NCBI RefSeq assembly: GCF_009914755.1
Contig: NC_060941.1
DNA length: 64,000 nt
Source of the DNA: the human T2T-CHM13v2.0 reference genome, Homo sapiens
Direction: 5' to 3' (one strand)
This document shows positions 44,662-59,539 of the stretch, piece after piece; positions within the stretch are counted from its first letter, which is position 1; every line of letters starts with the position of its first letter. Both the position numbers and the translations under genes were made by a program. The notes under the pieces were generated by a model that was given only the letters and a program-made list of their open reading frames with translations, searched no databases and was not told the DNA's origin.

Positions 44662-45539
44662 TCACCACTGACCACATGTGTCAGGTGCCTTGGCTGGTGG
44701 TAATGGTAATTCTTTTCTTCCTCGCTTTGCTGAAGACAAAAGTCTTCATTATCCAGTGAAGGAGCTTCCCGAAGGTGAAGTGCCACCCTGGTGGAAGGTG
44801 TTTTTGTCCGGTGTGGCCTGTGGCTCCTCCAGGCCCTCCTTTCCCCCAGCCCTGCCCCACGCTCTGGAAGCCCCGCCTCAGTCCAGAGTGCTCCTGGCAC
44901 CCCAGCCCGGGCCCAGGCGAGCCAGATTGCAGCCGGCACAGGCAACTCTTCAGAGCCTGCTCATCGAGGATTTGACAGTCGATGTGCGACTTGTGGTCTG
45001 AGCGGGGCCCTGCGTCCCCTTGCCACTACTTAAGAAAATAATTAATAATAATTAATGAATAAACTGGGATTATTGAGAGCCATTTACCACAAAAGGCCTC
45101 AGGGTACACTGCACTCAAGCATAATTAAAAGTGGCATCTTTTAAACTTCGATTTGAAATGAAAACTGGCTCAGTTGTCCAGCGCAGTCTGGGCCTCTCTC
45201 TGATCCCAACTTTGCAGATGGGGCCTGAGATGATGGGAGGAGGTGCGGAGGTTCGTCCTGAGGATGAGGGTACAGCCGGAAAGCATGGGGAGGACCTGGA
45301 GGAGTGTGGTCCCAAAGATCAGAGTGGGCCTTCAGTCTGAGAGGGCTGCTGCAGCCATGGCCACCAGCAGAGAGGGAACAGGATGGCCTGGAAGCAGGTG
45401 ACCATTTGCTACCGAGGGAGAGGATGAAATCCCTGGTGCCAAACTCAGGCCACTTGGCCCCTGCGTGCCAGCTGGGTCTAAAGGGAACAGGTTTCCCCTA
45501 TTAGGCCCAATGCCCTGTGCTCCTTCCCTGGCCAGGGAT

Positions 45540-45920
45540 GGTCATTCATTCATTCATTCATCGAGTTTATTGAGAACCTGCTGCCCGCAAGCACCACTCT
45601 GGAGATACAGCTGTGTACAAAAGAAGGTGCCTGCTCTCGGGGAGCTTATAATGCAGTTGGCAGAAGACAGACAATAAACAAATATTTAATACATGCCATA
45701 GAGAAAATTATAGCAAGAGGGCAAGGGAGTGTGGAAGGTGGGAAGGTAGTCCTGGGTTTCCAGGGCGATCTCATGGAGATGACATTTGGGCAGGAAGTGA
45801 GGGAGTGAGCCAAAAGGATGAGCTTCCAGGCAGCAGGAACAGCCTGTGCAAAGGCCCTGAGGCAGGTGCAAGATGGAGGAAAGAGGCTAGCATGGGTGGA
45901 GCAGAGCAGGGAGGGGAGAG
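45540..45920. mobile_element. L2 fragment
   Basis: cattcattcattcat...tttattgag...gtgcaaaggccctgaggcagg are L2 hallmarks. Confidence 0.75.
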
Positions 45921-46144
45921 TGAGGATCAGACCTGTTCTAAGAGTTGCTGAACTCCAGTCCTGTGGGTGGCCCTGGACTTGAACCTTGAGATACAGTGGT
46001 AAACATAGCCATCCTCATTCTCAAAGAGCTCAGTGTCTATGGGGAGGGCCCCACAATGGAGAGACGCTTAGATGGCTGGTGGTGAGGTATGTGGCTCCCG
46101 GGGGCTTCTGATTGGCCAGGTGGGAGCACTGCCCTGAAAAACTT

Positions 46145-46444
46145 GGCCAGGCGTGGTGGCTCACACCCATAATCCCAGCACTTTGGGAGGCCGAGGCGGG
46201 TGGATCACCTGAGGTCAGGAGGTCGAGACCAGCCTGACCAACATGGAGAAACCCTGTCTCTACTGAAAATACAGAATTAGCCGGTTTGGTGGCACATGCC
46301 TGTAATCCCAGCTACTTGAGAGGCTGAGGCAGGAGAATCACTTGACCCGGGAGGCGGAGGTTGCGGTGTGCTGAAATCATGCCATTGCACTCCAGCCTGG
46401 GCAACAAGAGTGAAACTCCATCTCAAAAAAAAAACAAAAAAAAA
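46145..46444 (+). mobile_element. Alu (AluSq/Sp-like)
   Basis: Sense Alu dimer; accaacatggagaaacc is diagnostic. Confidence 0.92.
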
Positions 46445-47213
46445 CCTGGGCATCCTGACTTACACAAGGGCAGGTGGAACCTGGAGAGCCCTCCCTCCGC
46501 ATCTCCCACCTCTCAGGAGCCCCCAAGGTGGGCCTAGGAGGCAGCTTCACCTTAGAGGCTATATCCCACTCATTTCCCATCTCTCTCCCACCGGCTTCTC
46601 TCCCTGCTCCCCTGGCTATGTCAGCCTTACCCTCTTCCTGTTGAGACCCCCTTAGAAACCACTGCTGCCCCCAACCCACAACATGAGGCTGAGACTCACC
46701 GTTGACTCTGGATAATGATTGGGTCCTTCCCTCCTCCTGGGAGAAAGGTGCACAGGCCCCTCCCGGAGGTGGGCTGCCATCAGCCAAGAGCACGTGGACC
46801 ATCTGCAGGTGCCCTGCTCCATGTCCCTGGCTGGGAAATCCTGTTCACTGGCTCTTGATCTTTCTCTAAAATGAGGGGACACTTACCCCTTTGTATCCCA
46901 AACAAGGCTAACGAAAGCTCCATGAGGGTGACATGGTGGAACCCCAATTCCTGCCAGGAGCGAGAGAGGTAGTAATCGGGATTAGAAGGGTGTCCACACC
47001 TGTGAGAGCAATCTCCTGGCTGTCCCCGAGGGTCCAGGCTGTGGGCTGCGACCAAACCTTTCTGCTCCCTCTCATCAGTCAGCCTGTTCCAGAGCCCGGA
47101 ATAGATGCCATGTTTGAGGAATCCCACCTTTCGGGCAAGGCTGGATGCAGGGCAGGGAACACCTGGATGTGAGGTGGCCTGGCACTGGGTAGGAATACAG
47201 GAAAAGCAAAGAA

Positions 47214-47635
<422 letters not shown>

Positions 47636-47683
47636 TCAGCCCTAATTTCAGAAGCTTCCAAACAGCTCTCTTGGCTGTTGATA

Positions 47684-48880
<1,197 letters not shown>

Positions 48881-49665
48881 GAAAGGTCTTTGTTTCCACC
48901 CACCCATGTATCCATCCATCCATCCATTAAAAAGTAATTATTGCGTGCCTATCCTGAGCCAAATACTGTGTTTAAGCCCCCAGGACATGGCTCTTTGTCC
49001 CCTCTGCCCCTGGAGAGGGATGGCTCACTTGAACATTTAATGCTACAGTGGAATTATAATTATGAAAAACCACACACTGCAATTCAGGTTTAGGATGAAA
49101 GTATTAATTTCCTGGTTTTAATTATTCAATAGAAATTAATGAAAATTCAAGAGGAATCTCCAAGGAGCTTCGCTAACTAGCAGAGGTGGGGTGGATCGAG
49201 GAGATGAGAGTGGAGTGGAGTAAAGTGGAAGAGAGTGGGGTAAGCCAGAGGCTGAGGGCCCTGCACCTCTGCCCAGCCCAACTCATCTGGGAGCTTTCCC
49301 AGGGCCAAGGCACGAGCCTGCTGCATGAACCAAGCCTCAACCAAGACTCAGGGTTTGCTCATTCATCTGGGGGACTTCGGCTGGGCTATGTGTTGAGCTC
49401 CATCCCTGCTAGGATGATGCCAGACAGTGGGGAGATGAAGACCCAGCCCTGCCCTCAGGGAGCTCCTGGGTCATTGCAGGCAGACAGACCACACCTGTAG
49501 GGCCTGAGCTAAGCCCTGGAGTTCTGGCAACGCAGAGCCGGGCTGCTGGGACGAGGTGGGAGGTGAGGACAGGAAAGGCTTCCCTGAGAAGATGACTGGC
49601 AGAGTTCTGAGGGTCTCTCCCTCCTGGGTGAACTGAGAAGCCCCCTCTGAACAGACGCAAGGTAA

Positions 49666-49887
<222 letters not shown>

Positions 49888-50624
49888 TAGGAGGGTGGAA
49901 GATAAACTTCTGAGGGTGGGACGGCTCTGAGGCTTGGAGAATGGGAGACAGTTTCACAAAATGTCACTAAATGTTCCCCAGAAAGGAAGAGGATTGGAGC
50001 TTTGAGGGCAGATGATTCGGAGGGTGGGGGAACCTGTGTCCCAGTCCTAGGAGGCTCCCTACAAGGTGACAGGTCCTGAAAAGGGATGGCTGGACAGGCC
50101 ATGATGACCCCAGGAGCTCTGGCCTCAGAAGCCCTGGCAAGGGGTCCCCACACCCAAGCTCAGTGCCAAGAAGGAAGCTTTGGATGGAATGCAATTGATT
50201 CCTGCCTTGTGGCCAGTTTTGCATCTATTTGTAAATTCATTTCCATGTTCCTGACTGCCTACTTAGGAGTGCCCTTTGAATTCTCCTTTGAACTTGGTTG
50301 TAGCACCTTGCAGGATCCCTCGTGAATTAATGAGTTAAATAAAACCATGGACACGTGTTTGTTCTATTTGATGAAGCCATGATACTCCTTTATAAAAAGT
50401 ATTCTCTAGCAATGCCTTATAATCCTAGTAGTGAGAACTACTACATGCCCTCATGCTACGAGGAGGAACAGAGGCATAGCGACTTTAAGTAGTTTGCCCA
50501 AGGTCACACAGCTAGGTGGGGTGGGGCCAGGATTTGGATGCAGCAATCTGGTTCAAAGTCCTTAAAGAGCACTTGAGCTCTGTTATCTGTCAGTCCCCCA
50601 AGTAACCCCACAAAATAGGTACTT

Positions 50625-50920
50625 TATTTTTAGAGACAGGATCTCACTCTGTTGCCCTGGCTAGAGTACAGTGGCCCAATCACAGCTCACTGCAGCTTCA
50701 ACCAGGAGGCTGAGGAGCTCAAGTGGCCCTCCCACTTCAGCCTCCTCAGTAACTGGGACTACAGGTGCACACTACTAGGCCCAACTAATTTTTTTACTTT
50801 TTGTAGAGTCGGGATCTTGCTATGGTGCCCAGGCTGGCCTCGAACTCCTGACCTCAAGCGATCCTCCTGCCTTGGCCTCCCAAAGTGCTGGGACTACAGG
50901 CATGAGCCACCCCGCCAGGC
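50625..50920 (-). mobile_element. Alu (AluJ-like), TSD aaaataggtac
   Basis: Antisense Alu with a flanking direct repeat. Confidence 0.88.
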
Positions 50921-51076
50921 AAAATAGGTACATTATTTATGCTCAAGAACAGCAGCACAGAGGTTAAGTAATTCATCCTCCCTCCCACGGTAAGTGGCTA
51001 TTTCTGTAGTAGGATCACTGTACACTCTGTGGTGGGTTTGATATCTGCACTCAGGGAAGCGCTGATAGAATATTAA

Positions 51077-51403
<327 letters not shown>

Positions 51404-51699
51404 CCCTATTGAGCAATTCCTAAGTTCCAGATACTGTTGCAAAGGCTATACCCAGATCATCTCATTTACTCCTAAGTCCCTACAAGGAAGGTAATTTCAT
51501 TAGCCTATGTTACAGATAGAAAGACTTTGAGGCACCCAGAGGGTGAGCGGCTTGAGTTTTTCTTCATCCCTGGGTTTATCTGAAGCTGAGCTCTGCCAGC
51601 GGACGTGGCCCGTAGCCGTCTGCCTTAAGAACTGGCCTGGACTCCCCAAACACCACCCTTCCTCTCCCGAGGCTCCCCAGCCCCACTTACACCCTGAAG

Positions 51700-52490
51700 G
51701 CGGATCCCTTGACTCCCGAGAGGCTGGCGGTGGAGTGCGCGGCAGGACCGCAGGGCTGATCTCTCCAGCTGGGCTGGGCTTTGGGGACATAGGCCTTGAA
51801 AATCTCCTAATTACCGGTGGGGGCGGAGCCGCGTCTCCAGGGTCTCGGGGAGGGCGTCGGGGGTCGGGGATTGCAGGTGCCCGCAGCCGGCCTCGGCTGT
51901 TTACCAGGCACCCGTTACGCTAATTGAAATGTGCCAAATAGCTGCCCGGGGCGGGGCCGAGCGGAGCAGCGGGCTCCGGGTCACCTGCGGTGTTGATGAG
52001 GTATTCAAGAGGAAAAAGCGCCGGAGCGGCAGCTTCATTTGCAAGGGAAATGACTTGACGAGGCCCTTCATTTGCATCTTTCGGCCCAGAGGTTCTGATT
52101 AGCTGCGGAGGAAAAGCCCGCCTGTTTTATGCATGAGGAGCTCTGCCTGGAGACCCTCGGCTGCTCACCCGCCCCAGCCCTGCCTTCTCCTCCTAAGTCG
52201 GGGAGGAGGAGAGGGGTCCCCAGAGGGCAGGATCCAAGGCTGAAGCCTAAGACCAACCCTTGGTGGTGAAAATAGAAATTTCTTGAGGCAAGGCTGCCAT
52301 AAAGTGCAGTGAGACTCATCGGTGAGGGGGGCACTGTGCGATCTCCATCCGGGGTCTTCAGGGCAATTGCATGAGCTCAGCCTGCTAAGAGCCTGGCAGG
52401 CAGCGCGAGCTCCCCTGGAGTTCCGGCCGCTCCGCCCAGTGGCTCTGTGCAGCGCTTCCCGCCCGGAGAACCTAGTGCCCCGTTCCAGCC
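51700..52490. promoter_or_regulatory. CpG-rich, non-repetitive element (orphan CpG-island-like promoter or enhancer) with GC boxes and an octamer
   Basis: Visibly high CpG density; GGGGCGGAG (~51819), GGGGCGGGGC (~51948), ATTTGCAT at 52070-52077. Confidence 0.65.
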
Positions 52491-53092
52491 CTTCCTGGTG
52501 CCCCCTCTGCACCAAGACCCCCTCCCTACCTCTTTGCTATCTGGCACTGACTTCCTCTGGGAGAGGGGAGGCAGTGGGCTAGATGCTTTTGCAAATGTTT
52601 TCTCTACAATCTCCAGTCTTTGTGACAATTACCCTTAAAAGTTAGACCTCACATCCTGTTCCTTTCCTGTCATTCCCACCCACACCCCCTCCCCCTTCCC
52701 TGGACTCCGCGAGTTTTTTTTTTTTTTTTTTTACCACCACCCCTCAACCCACATTCTCCGCAGCTGCATCTACCAGGCTGGCAGCTCTGTGAGCCAGCTG
52801 TAAACGTGATTAATGCTGAAGGAAGGGCTGCTGGCTGCAAGGACACATCCCTGGCTGGGGCACAGCACTGGGTCAAGTGGCCAGCTGGGGCCAGGCAGGT
52901 GAAGGATTAATCCGGAATCTTGGCCAACAATCAGGTGGCTGTTTTTCCCAGACAATGGGTCTGAAGGGGGCAGTGCCCAAGGTTCACCTTTGAAAACTCC
53001 CAAGGGTCGCAACCCAGTGGCGTTGGGAACGCCTTGGCTAGGGGCCTCTTGAGCCTCAGCCCAGGCTTTGGGGCCTGGCTGCACCTTAGGGC

Positions 53093-53592
53093 TATTAGAT
53101 ATGAGTTCTAAACTTATTTTCAAAGAATTAATATGTCACTATGTTCAATTCTTTGCCTTCTACTTTTAAACTTAACTTTCTCGTAAAGCAACCTTTTTTG
53201 ATTATGTCCTCCACCCTGATTCATTCTGATCACCTGCTCCACCCTGACTCATTCTGATCACCTGCTCCACCCTGACTCATTCAGATTACCTGCTACCTGC
53301 TCTGCCCTGACTCCAGCCAAAGCACTCACCCCATCATTCTCTTTAAATTAGCCAGTCGGAATTAGTTTAGCCTGTGCGGTCTAACCCTAGCCAATAGGGG
53401 AACGACACAGCAGCAGGGGCCACGTGCCTCAGGGATAAGAGCCCCCTTCCTCTCCTTTGTCCAAGTGTGCGCTCACCATTGCTCCATCTGTAAGGGCGCA
53501 CCCTTCTATAGAAGTAACTTGCCTTGCTAAGAATTAAAAAAGAAAATTTTATATTCGAGTGCTATTCCTTCTGCAGCACCGAAATTTAAACA
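53093..53592 (+). mobile_element. Solo LTR10 (LTR10A/F-like, HERV-I group ERV1) with an internal 28-bp VNTR
   Basis: Begins tattagatatgagttctaaa...tatgttcaattctttgccttc, ends aaca; 4-bp TSD GGGC; CCAAT at 53391; tandem TGACTCA units. Confidence 0.82.
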
Positions 53593-53860
53593 GGGCCATG
53601 CCAGGCTGTGGAGGAGGTAGAAGTCCTGTCGCTGTCTATAGGGCACGCTGGCATGAGCACATTTCAGACCCAGTTCAAGTCCGGCTCTGCCGCTGACCAG
53701 CTGGGTGGTTTGGGCAAGTTCCTTCACCGCTGAGCCTCAGTTTTCTTATCAGGAGAATGGGGATGCTAGTCCCTATCTTTAAGGGTTATGGAGAATTGGA
53801 GCTGATGTATTTGACCATGGTAGTCCTTCAGTACGCAGTGGCTGTCACTTTACTCTTCAT

Positions 53861-54920
53861 GATACCGATGGGCCTGGGGAGGTCCCCGAATGCCGTTGGG
53901 ACCTCAACCCCAGCTCTTGACACCATTTCGAGAAGGAATTCAAGGATGAGTCAGAAAACAGTGAAAGTATGGAGATTTATTGCAAAGCGAAAAGTACACA
54001 CTCAAGAAAGGGGAGTGTGGCGTTCTCAAGACAGGATCGCACAGTGGGGTTTGGGGTTTCATCCTTATGGGTTTCTTTAGCCAAGGGATGGGATATTCAT
54101 GAAAATTCCTGGAAAAAAGGTGGACGTTTCTCAGAATTGTGGTGCCACTCATTTTTACACCAAATACGGGTGGTCTTGGAACTGTCCTGGCGCTGGCAGG
54201 TGTGTGATTTAGGATGTTAATGAGCATATAACGAGGTCCTAGGAGGAACCCGGCTCACATCCAGCACCTTGGTGGGTCCTGTTGGTCTCAGCCAGCTTGG
54301 TCCACACACCCTGGTTTTCAGGGTTTTACCGGCCCATAACCTCTAGTCGTGTGAAATTGTTATAGGAAAGGGGTCCCAATCCAGACCCCAAGAAAGGGTT
54401 CTTGGATCTTGTGCAAGAAAGAATTCAGGGTAAGTCTGTAGAATAAAGTGAAAGCAAGTTTATTACGAAAGTAAAGGAATAATAGAATGGCTACTGTACA
54501 GACGAGGCTGCTGGTTGCCCATTTTTATGGTTATTTCTTGATTATATGTTAAACAAGGGGTGGATTATTCATGCCTCCCCTTTTTAGACCATACAGGGTA
54601 ACTTCCTGATGTTGCTATGGCGTTTGTAAACTGTCATGGTGCTGGTGGGAGTGTAGCAGTGAGGACGACCAGAGGTCACTCTCGTTGCCATCTTGGTTTG
54701 GTTTCGGCTTTGGTGGGCTTCTTTACTGCAAACTGTTTTATCAGCAAGGTCTTTATGACCTGTATCTTGTGCTGACCTCTTATCTCACAGCAGGCCTCAG
54801 CCTGTTTTTACCCAGCCCCTATTCAAGATGGAGTTGCTCTGGTTCCAACATTTCTGACAAAACTGCTGCCTGGAATTTTGTAATTATCCTGTAACCCACC
54901 CTGTGTTTATTCCCGTCTCA
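53861..54920 (-). mobile_element. ERV1 MER4-group LTR (subfamily uncertain) hosting a nested MER41
   Basis: gaaggaattcaaggatgagtc...gaaagtatggagatttattgc and ggatattcatgaaaattcc are homologous to antisense MER41-like LTRs; the element resumes after 54859. Confidence 0.6.
54358..54859 (-). mobile_element. MER41A-like solo LTR
   Basis: tgttataggaaaggggtcccaatccagacccc ... cccctattcaagatggagttgctctggttccaacatttctgaca; carries the GAS-less ggattattcatgcctccccttttta configuration. Confidence 0.82.
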
Positions 54921-56788
54921 TTCGGGTGGTGTTACCTGCAGCCCAGGGGAGGGAATGCCGTGGAACAGCTCTGCCTTAGGCTCAGCTTGAAGGAAGTCTC
55001 AGCTCCCTCCTCTTCCCTACAGCTGTCAGAGCAGGAGGTGGCCCCAGGGGAGGCTCTAGCTGAGGCCCATTAATGGCATGGAAGAGAGGAAGGGGCAGGA
55101 TGCAGCCCCATACCTGCCCCAGGCTGGGTCAGATGGCTCCCAAGGCTGCCTCTCTTGGGGGAAGCTTCTGGAGGAAGCCTGGTGTGTGCAGTTTTCCTGT
55201 AACACAAATGTGGGTGGGGGTTTTGGAAGCAGCCCCACAGGAACATCTCCCCAGCTGCTTGGCAGGTACTTGGCTGATTTCACTTTGAGTGGGCGGGGGT
55301 TAGAATTCTGCCTCCACTTTCTACCTGCCATGTGATTTGGAGCAAATTCCTTAATTTTTATACATCTCAGTTTTAAATTGTAAAATGGGGATAAAAACAA
55401 TGAGAACTAAAAAAGACAAAGCATGTAAAATACAGAGGCTCGCGTGTTACAAGCGTCCATAAATGTCCAATTTTATTTGTGTCATGGGAGCCTCTATTTC
55501 ATGGCAAGCCCCAATTCAATCTTGAGGCAAAGCTTCTGTTTTGAAGGCTGTGCATATGAGAATCTTCCAAGCTCCCCTCCGCCCCCTGGCCCTGAAATGC
55601 AAATGTAATAGACTAAAAGGAATAAACCCACAACACAAGGACAGGGGTGGGGGGTCACCAATCCCTGGGAGACAGTGGATGGCAGGCGTTGCTTGCTACA
55701 CAGGTAGAGAGTGCTGCAGCTCAGGATAGAATTGCAGAGAGAGGGGCAGTGACCAGACAGAGCCTCCGAGACTCGGGGCTCAGGGGCAAGAGATTCTGTA
55801 GAGCAACATTTGGTTGCTGAGCATAGGGGAGTCACTGACGGTCGTTTATGAAATAACTGCATAAGTAGCGGTTCACCCTCTCCCGCCCTCTGTGCATTTC
55901 ACTCAGCGACACCCTGGAAGGCTCTTCGCTAAAGAAGAAAACTGCTGGGGAAAGCTAAGGCCTCTGAACCGCAAGGCCGCCAACTATGAGTGTGCACCTG
56001 TGAAGATGTTGATGCTCCAGAGAAAATCCCTGCCCATCCCACATACAGGCCCCCACCCCAGCCTACACAGGAGGGGATGGAGAGGCCAATTGACTCCATA
56101 GCAGAGGAAATGCCAACCTGCCACCCTCTTACACGTGTCCTTCCCTCTTACATGTGAATGAGCCATGAAGGATCCCCAGGCATTTGAAGACCATCCATGC
56201 GAAGGAGAAAAAGCAGGAAAGCAATAAAAACACTGGCCCAGAGGAAGCAGAAATAATTCACGGAACAGAAGATAGCATTTAAGCCCTCTAATGAATATAC
56301 TCAGGCAGACTGCAGAATATATTCCATCTATAAGAGAGCTCAGTTTTCTTGGAATAAGAAAACCCCAGAGAACCATCAAAGAGCTCCGGAGATGAACAAA
56401 TATGCTTGCTAAAATGAAAAGTTCAATAGAAGGACTGGAACATACACAATCTCAAAATGCAAAAGCTAAAGGAAACAGAGCTGGGGAACCCAGAAAGAAG
56501 AGGAGCAGGCTCTGTACAGAAAGAAAGGAGGGCAGACTAGGACCCCATTGCCTACCAGTAACACTGGGTGCTAGAAGGGAATGGGTGCAGGATGGCTGCA
56601 TGTTAGAAGGGAAAATTATTTTCAACCTGGAATTATATATCTAGCTACATTATCTGTCAAAAACCTCATGGCAGAATAAAGACATTTCAAACACGTAAAG
56701 ACACAGATTATCTTCAGCACACCCACTTAAACATTTTCCCCCAGCTTTATCGAAGTACCATTGACAAATAGAAATTGTGTATATTTAA

Positions 56789-57142
<354 letters not shown>

Positions 57143-57390
57143 TGCCTTTCTTTAAAAGTTGCTTGACGATGTTCTCCAGAGAAATCAGGGAGTAAACAAA
57201 GAAAGAGGAAGATCCAGGAAACTGAATCCAACCTAGAAGAGAGTCAAGGGAAGTTCTGAGATTTGATCTCAGGCCTAGACAGGGTGACCAACTCATCCCA
57301 GTTGGCTGGGACTTTTTAGTTTCAGTACTGAAAGTCATCTCCTGGGGAACCTTGCAGTCCTGGGCAAACCAAGGTGATGGGTGACCCTAG

Positions 57391-58317
57391 TGATGGCAGC
57401 AGCTGCTCCAGATGGCCTGGCGCTGCCATCATGCTGGGAGGCATGGCTGGGGCTGTACACTCTACAGAGCAGGGCCTCCTGGTGGGGCGGCAGCCACCCA
57501 AGTTGTGGCAGCAGATCTGAGCTTCCTTGTGCTCTTGGGGGGCCAGGAGCAGGCAGGAGCCCTGCCCTCCCAGGTGCCACTGGAGCCACCCAAACTGCAG
57601 CAGCAGACTCAGGCATCTCTGCACTGCTGGGGTCCCAGGAAGGCACCCCTGCCCTCGCAGGCTCAGAAGTGCCTGCCCCCACTCTCTGGCTTTCTGCTGT
57701 CAATGCCTGCTCTGATCTTGGAGAAAAGTCAGGCTGAGCCCAGGTGCCATGAACAGCAGCAGGAGGCAGGTTCCCGGCAGAAGTGGGCAGGTCCCTGGTG
57801 AGGCATCACCTTCAGGCCAGGGAGGTCCTGAAGGCTAGGGGCCAGGCTGCCAGTCCCACTGACTGAAGTGGGAACTGGTGCCTTTTCCGAGCCCACCCAT
57901 GGCTGCCCATACACTTCCTCCTCTCTGAGGCCCATAAAAGCCCCAGGATCAGCCAGAGCTGAGCAGATATATGACAGGACAGCCGGCTGCAGAGAGGAGC
58001 TACCCTCTCTGTTGAGAACCTCAGAGCCCTGCAGAGACATCCAAATGACCTACCTGCAGAGGGGAGCCACACTTTCCAAGGCCTCCTCTCTGCTGATTGC
58101 TGAACACTTGATGGGACAACCTGCCTACAGAGATGACCTACTGTTGCGGGTCTTACTGAGCTGTTGTAACACTCAATAAAGCTCCTCTTCGTCTTGCTCA
58201 TCCTTCACTTGTCTGTGTACCTCATTCTTCCTGGACACAGGACAAGAACTCAGGCAAAGGTGCCACTGGCCACAGAGGTTTCTGGGAAAAAAATTGACAC
58301 ACCAAGGATCCTGTAAC
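57391..58317 (+). mobile_element. GC-rich ERV1 LTR (MER52-like), immediately after a short hAT-like MITE (~57280-57389)
   Basis: Starts tgatggcagcagc; ends caataaagctcctcttcgtcttgctca...caaggatcctgtaac; flanked by (c)ctag repeats. Confidence 0.75.
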
Positions 58318-59539
58318 CCTAGGCCTAGAGACCAACCAGTGAAAATTGTAGCAAGAAGAGTAGACTCTAAAAGGGAGGTTGCCTAGGGAAAAAGGAATGC
58401 CATGGAATTTATAGTATGATGGAGATATGATTAAAGTACATAATACAAAAAAGGCAATTAGAAACTCTAGGAAAAATAAACAATTATATGAGAAAATGAT
58501 GACCCAACTCAAAAAATATTAAATGTGACATGATTGTAAGCTATTGATTCAGTGTGAGAAAAGAGAATCTATTGGTCCTTGATGTTAGAAATAATCTATG
58601 AGTGATCCAAGGTTGGACATTGGACCCAAAGTGAATATTTTCGTATACTGCTTGATCCAACAGCAAAAAATATTTGCGCGGACATAAAAATACGAACATC
58701 TTATTCTTTTCAACTTTTAGAATCAAGCTATGGATAACACAGAGAAGACGTGGTTGAAGTTCAGGGACAGATGGTAAGTGTGGAGAACTTTGACAATGTA
58801 AAAATCAAAATGGTCATCAGGAGTGGAAAGAATTGCTGGGAAAAGAGATGAATTACAAAGAGATACTGTCAAAAGTTGATGCCACATAAAATAGAGATTC
58901 ATCTACTAGAGTTAAAAGGTATACAGTGCAACCCAAATAACAACCACCATCAAACTAGGAGAGGCGGAGGGGGAAGAGAAGGAAGTGAGCTGAATCTTCA
59001 TGTTTCACAGTGGGAATCCAATGGCTTTTGGTTAAAGTTGAAAAATCAAGAAATAGTAATATTTGTACATTATCTAGACTTTCAGAGACAACCACCAGAA
59101 AGAGGGCAATTAGAAGTGGTTAGACTGCAGTCTAACCCTCCAGGATACCTCCAGGGGGTGAACCAGGGAAGGAAGGAAGGATAAGACAGGAGGCTGTTGT
59201 TTTTTATTATAAGCTCTCTGTACCTTTTGATTTTTTCAACAGGCATATGTTATCTTCATAAAGGCTGAAATAAAAGCAAACAAAATTAAAACAGACACAG
59301 ATCTTGGGAATTTACCACCCTCTGGCTGGCTCCCTGTAAAGAATTGGGCTGTAATGAAGGCTGCACTTAGGCAAGCTTTGAGGGACAAGAAGAAGCAAGA
59401 TGGTGCCCTGGGAGGCCCTGGTTCAACCTTCCTATCCCACGGCATGGAGGTCATGGGGGAAGAAACAGAGGCTTGAAGAGTGTATCATTTTCCTCCAGGT
59501 TCTCTGTGCTGAGTAGTAAGTGTGTTCCATCAATGTCCT

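Noticed and set aside
53209-53292. 28-bp repeats resembling CRISPR direct repeats
   Set aside because: Head-to-tail with no spacers, inside an LTR in primate DNA, and no cas genes.
54358-54859. MER41 as an interferon-inducible enhancer
   Set aside because: This copy has the MER41A-type junction (ggattattcatgcctcccc) lacking the tandem GAS motifs.
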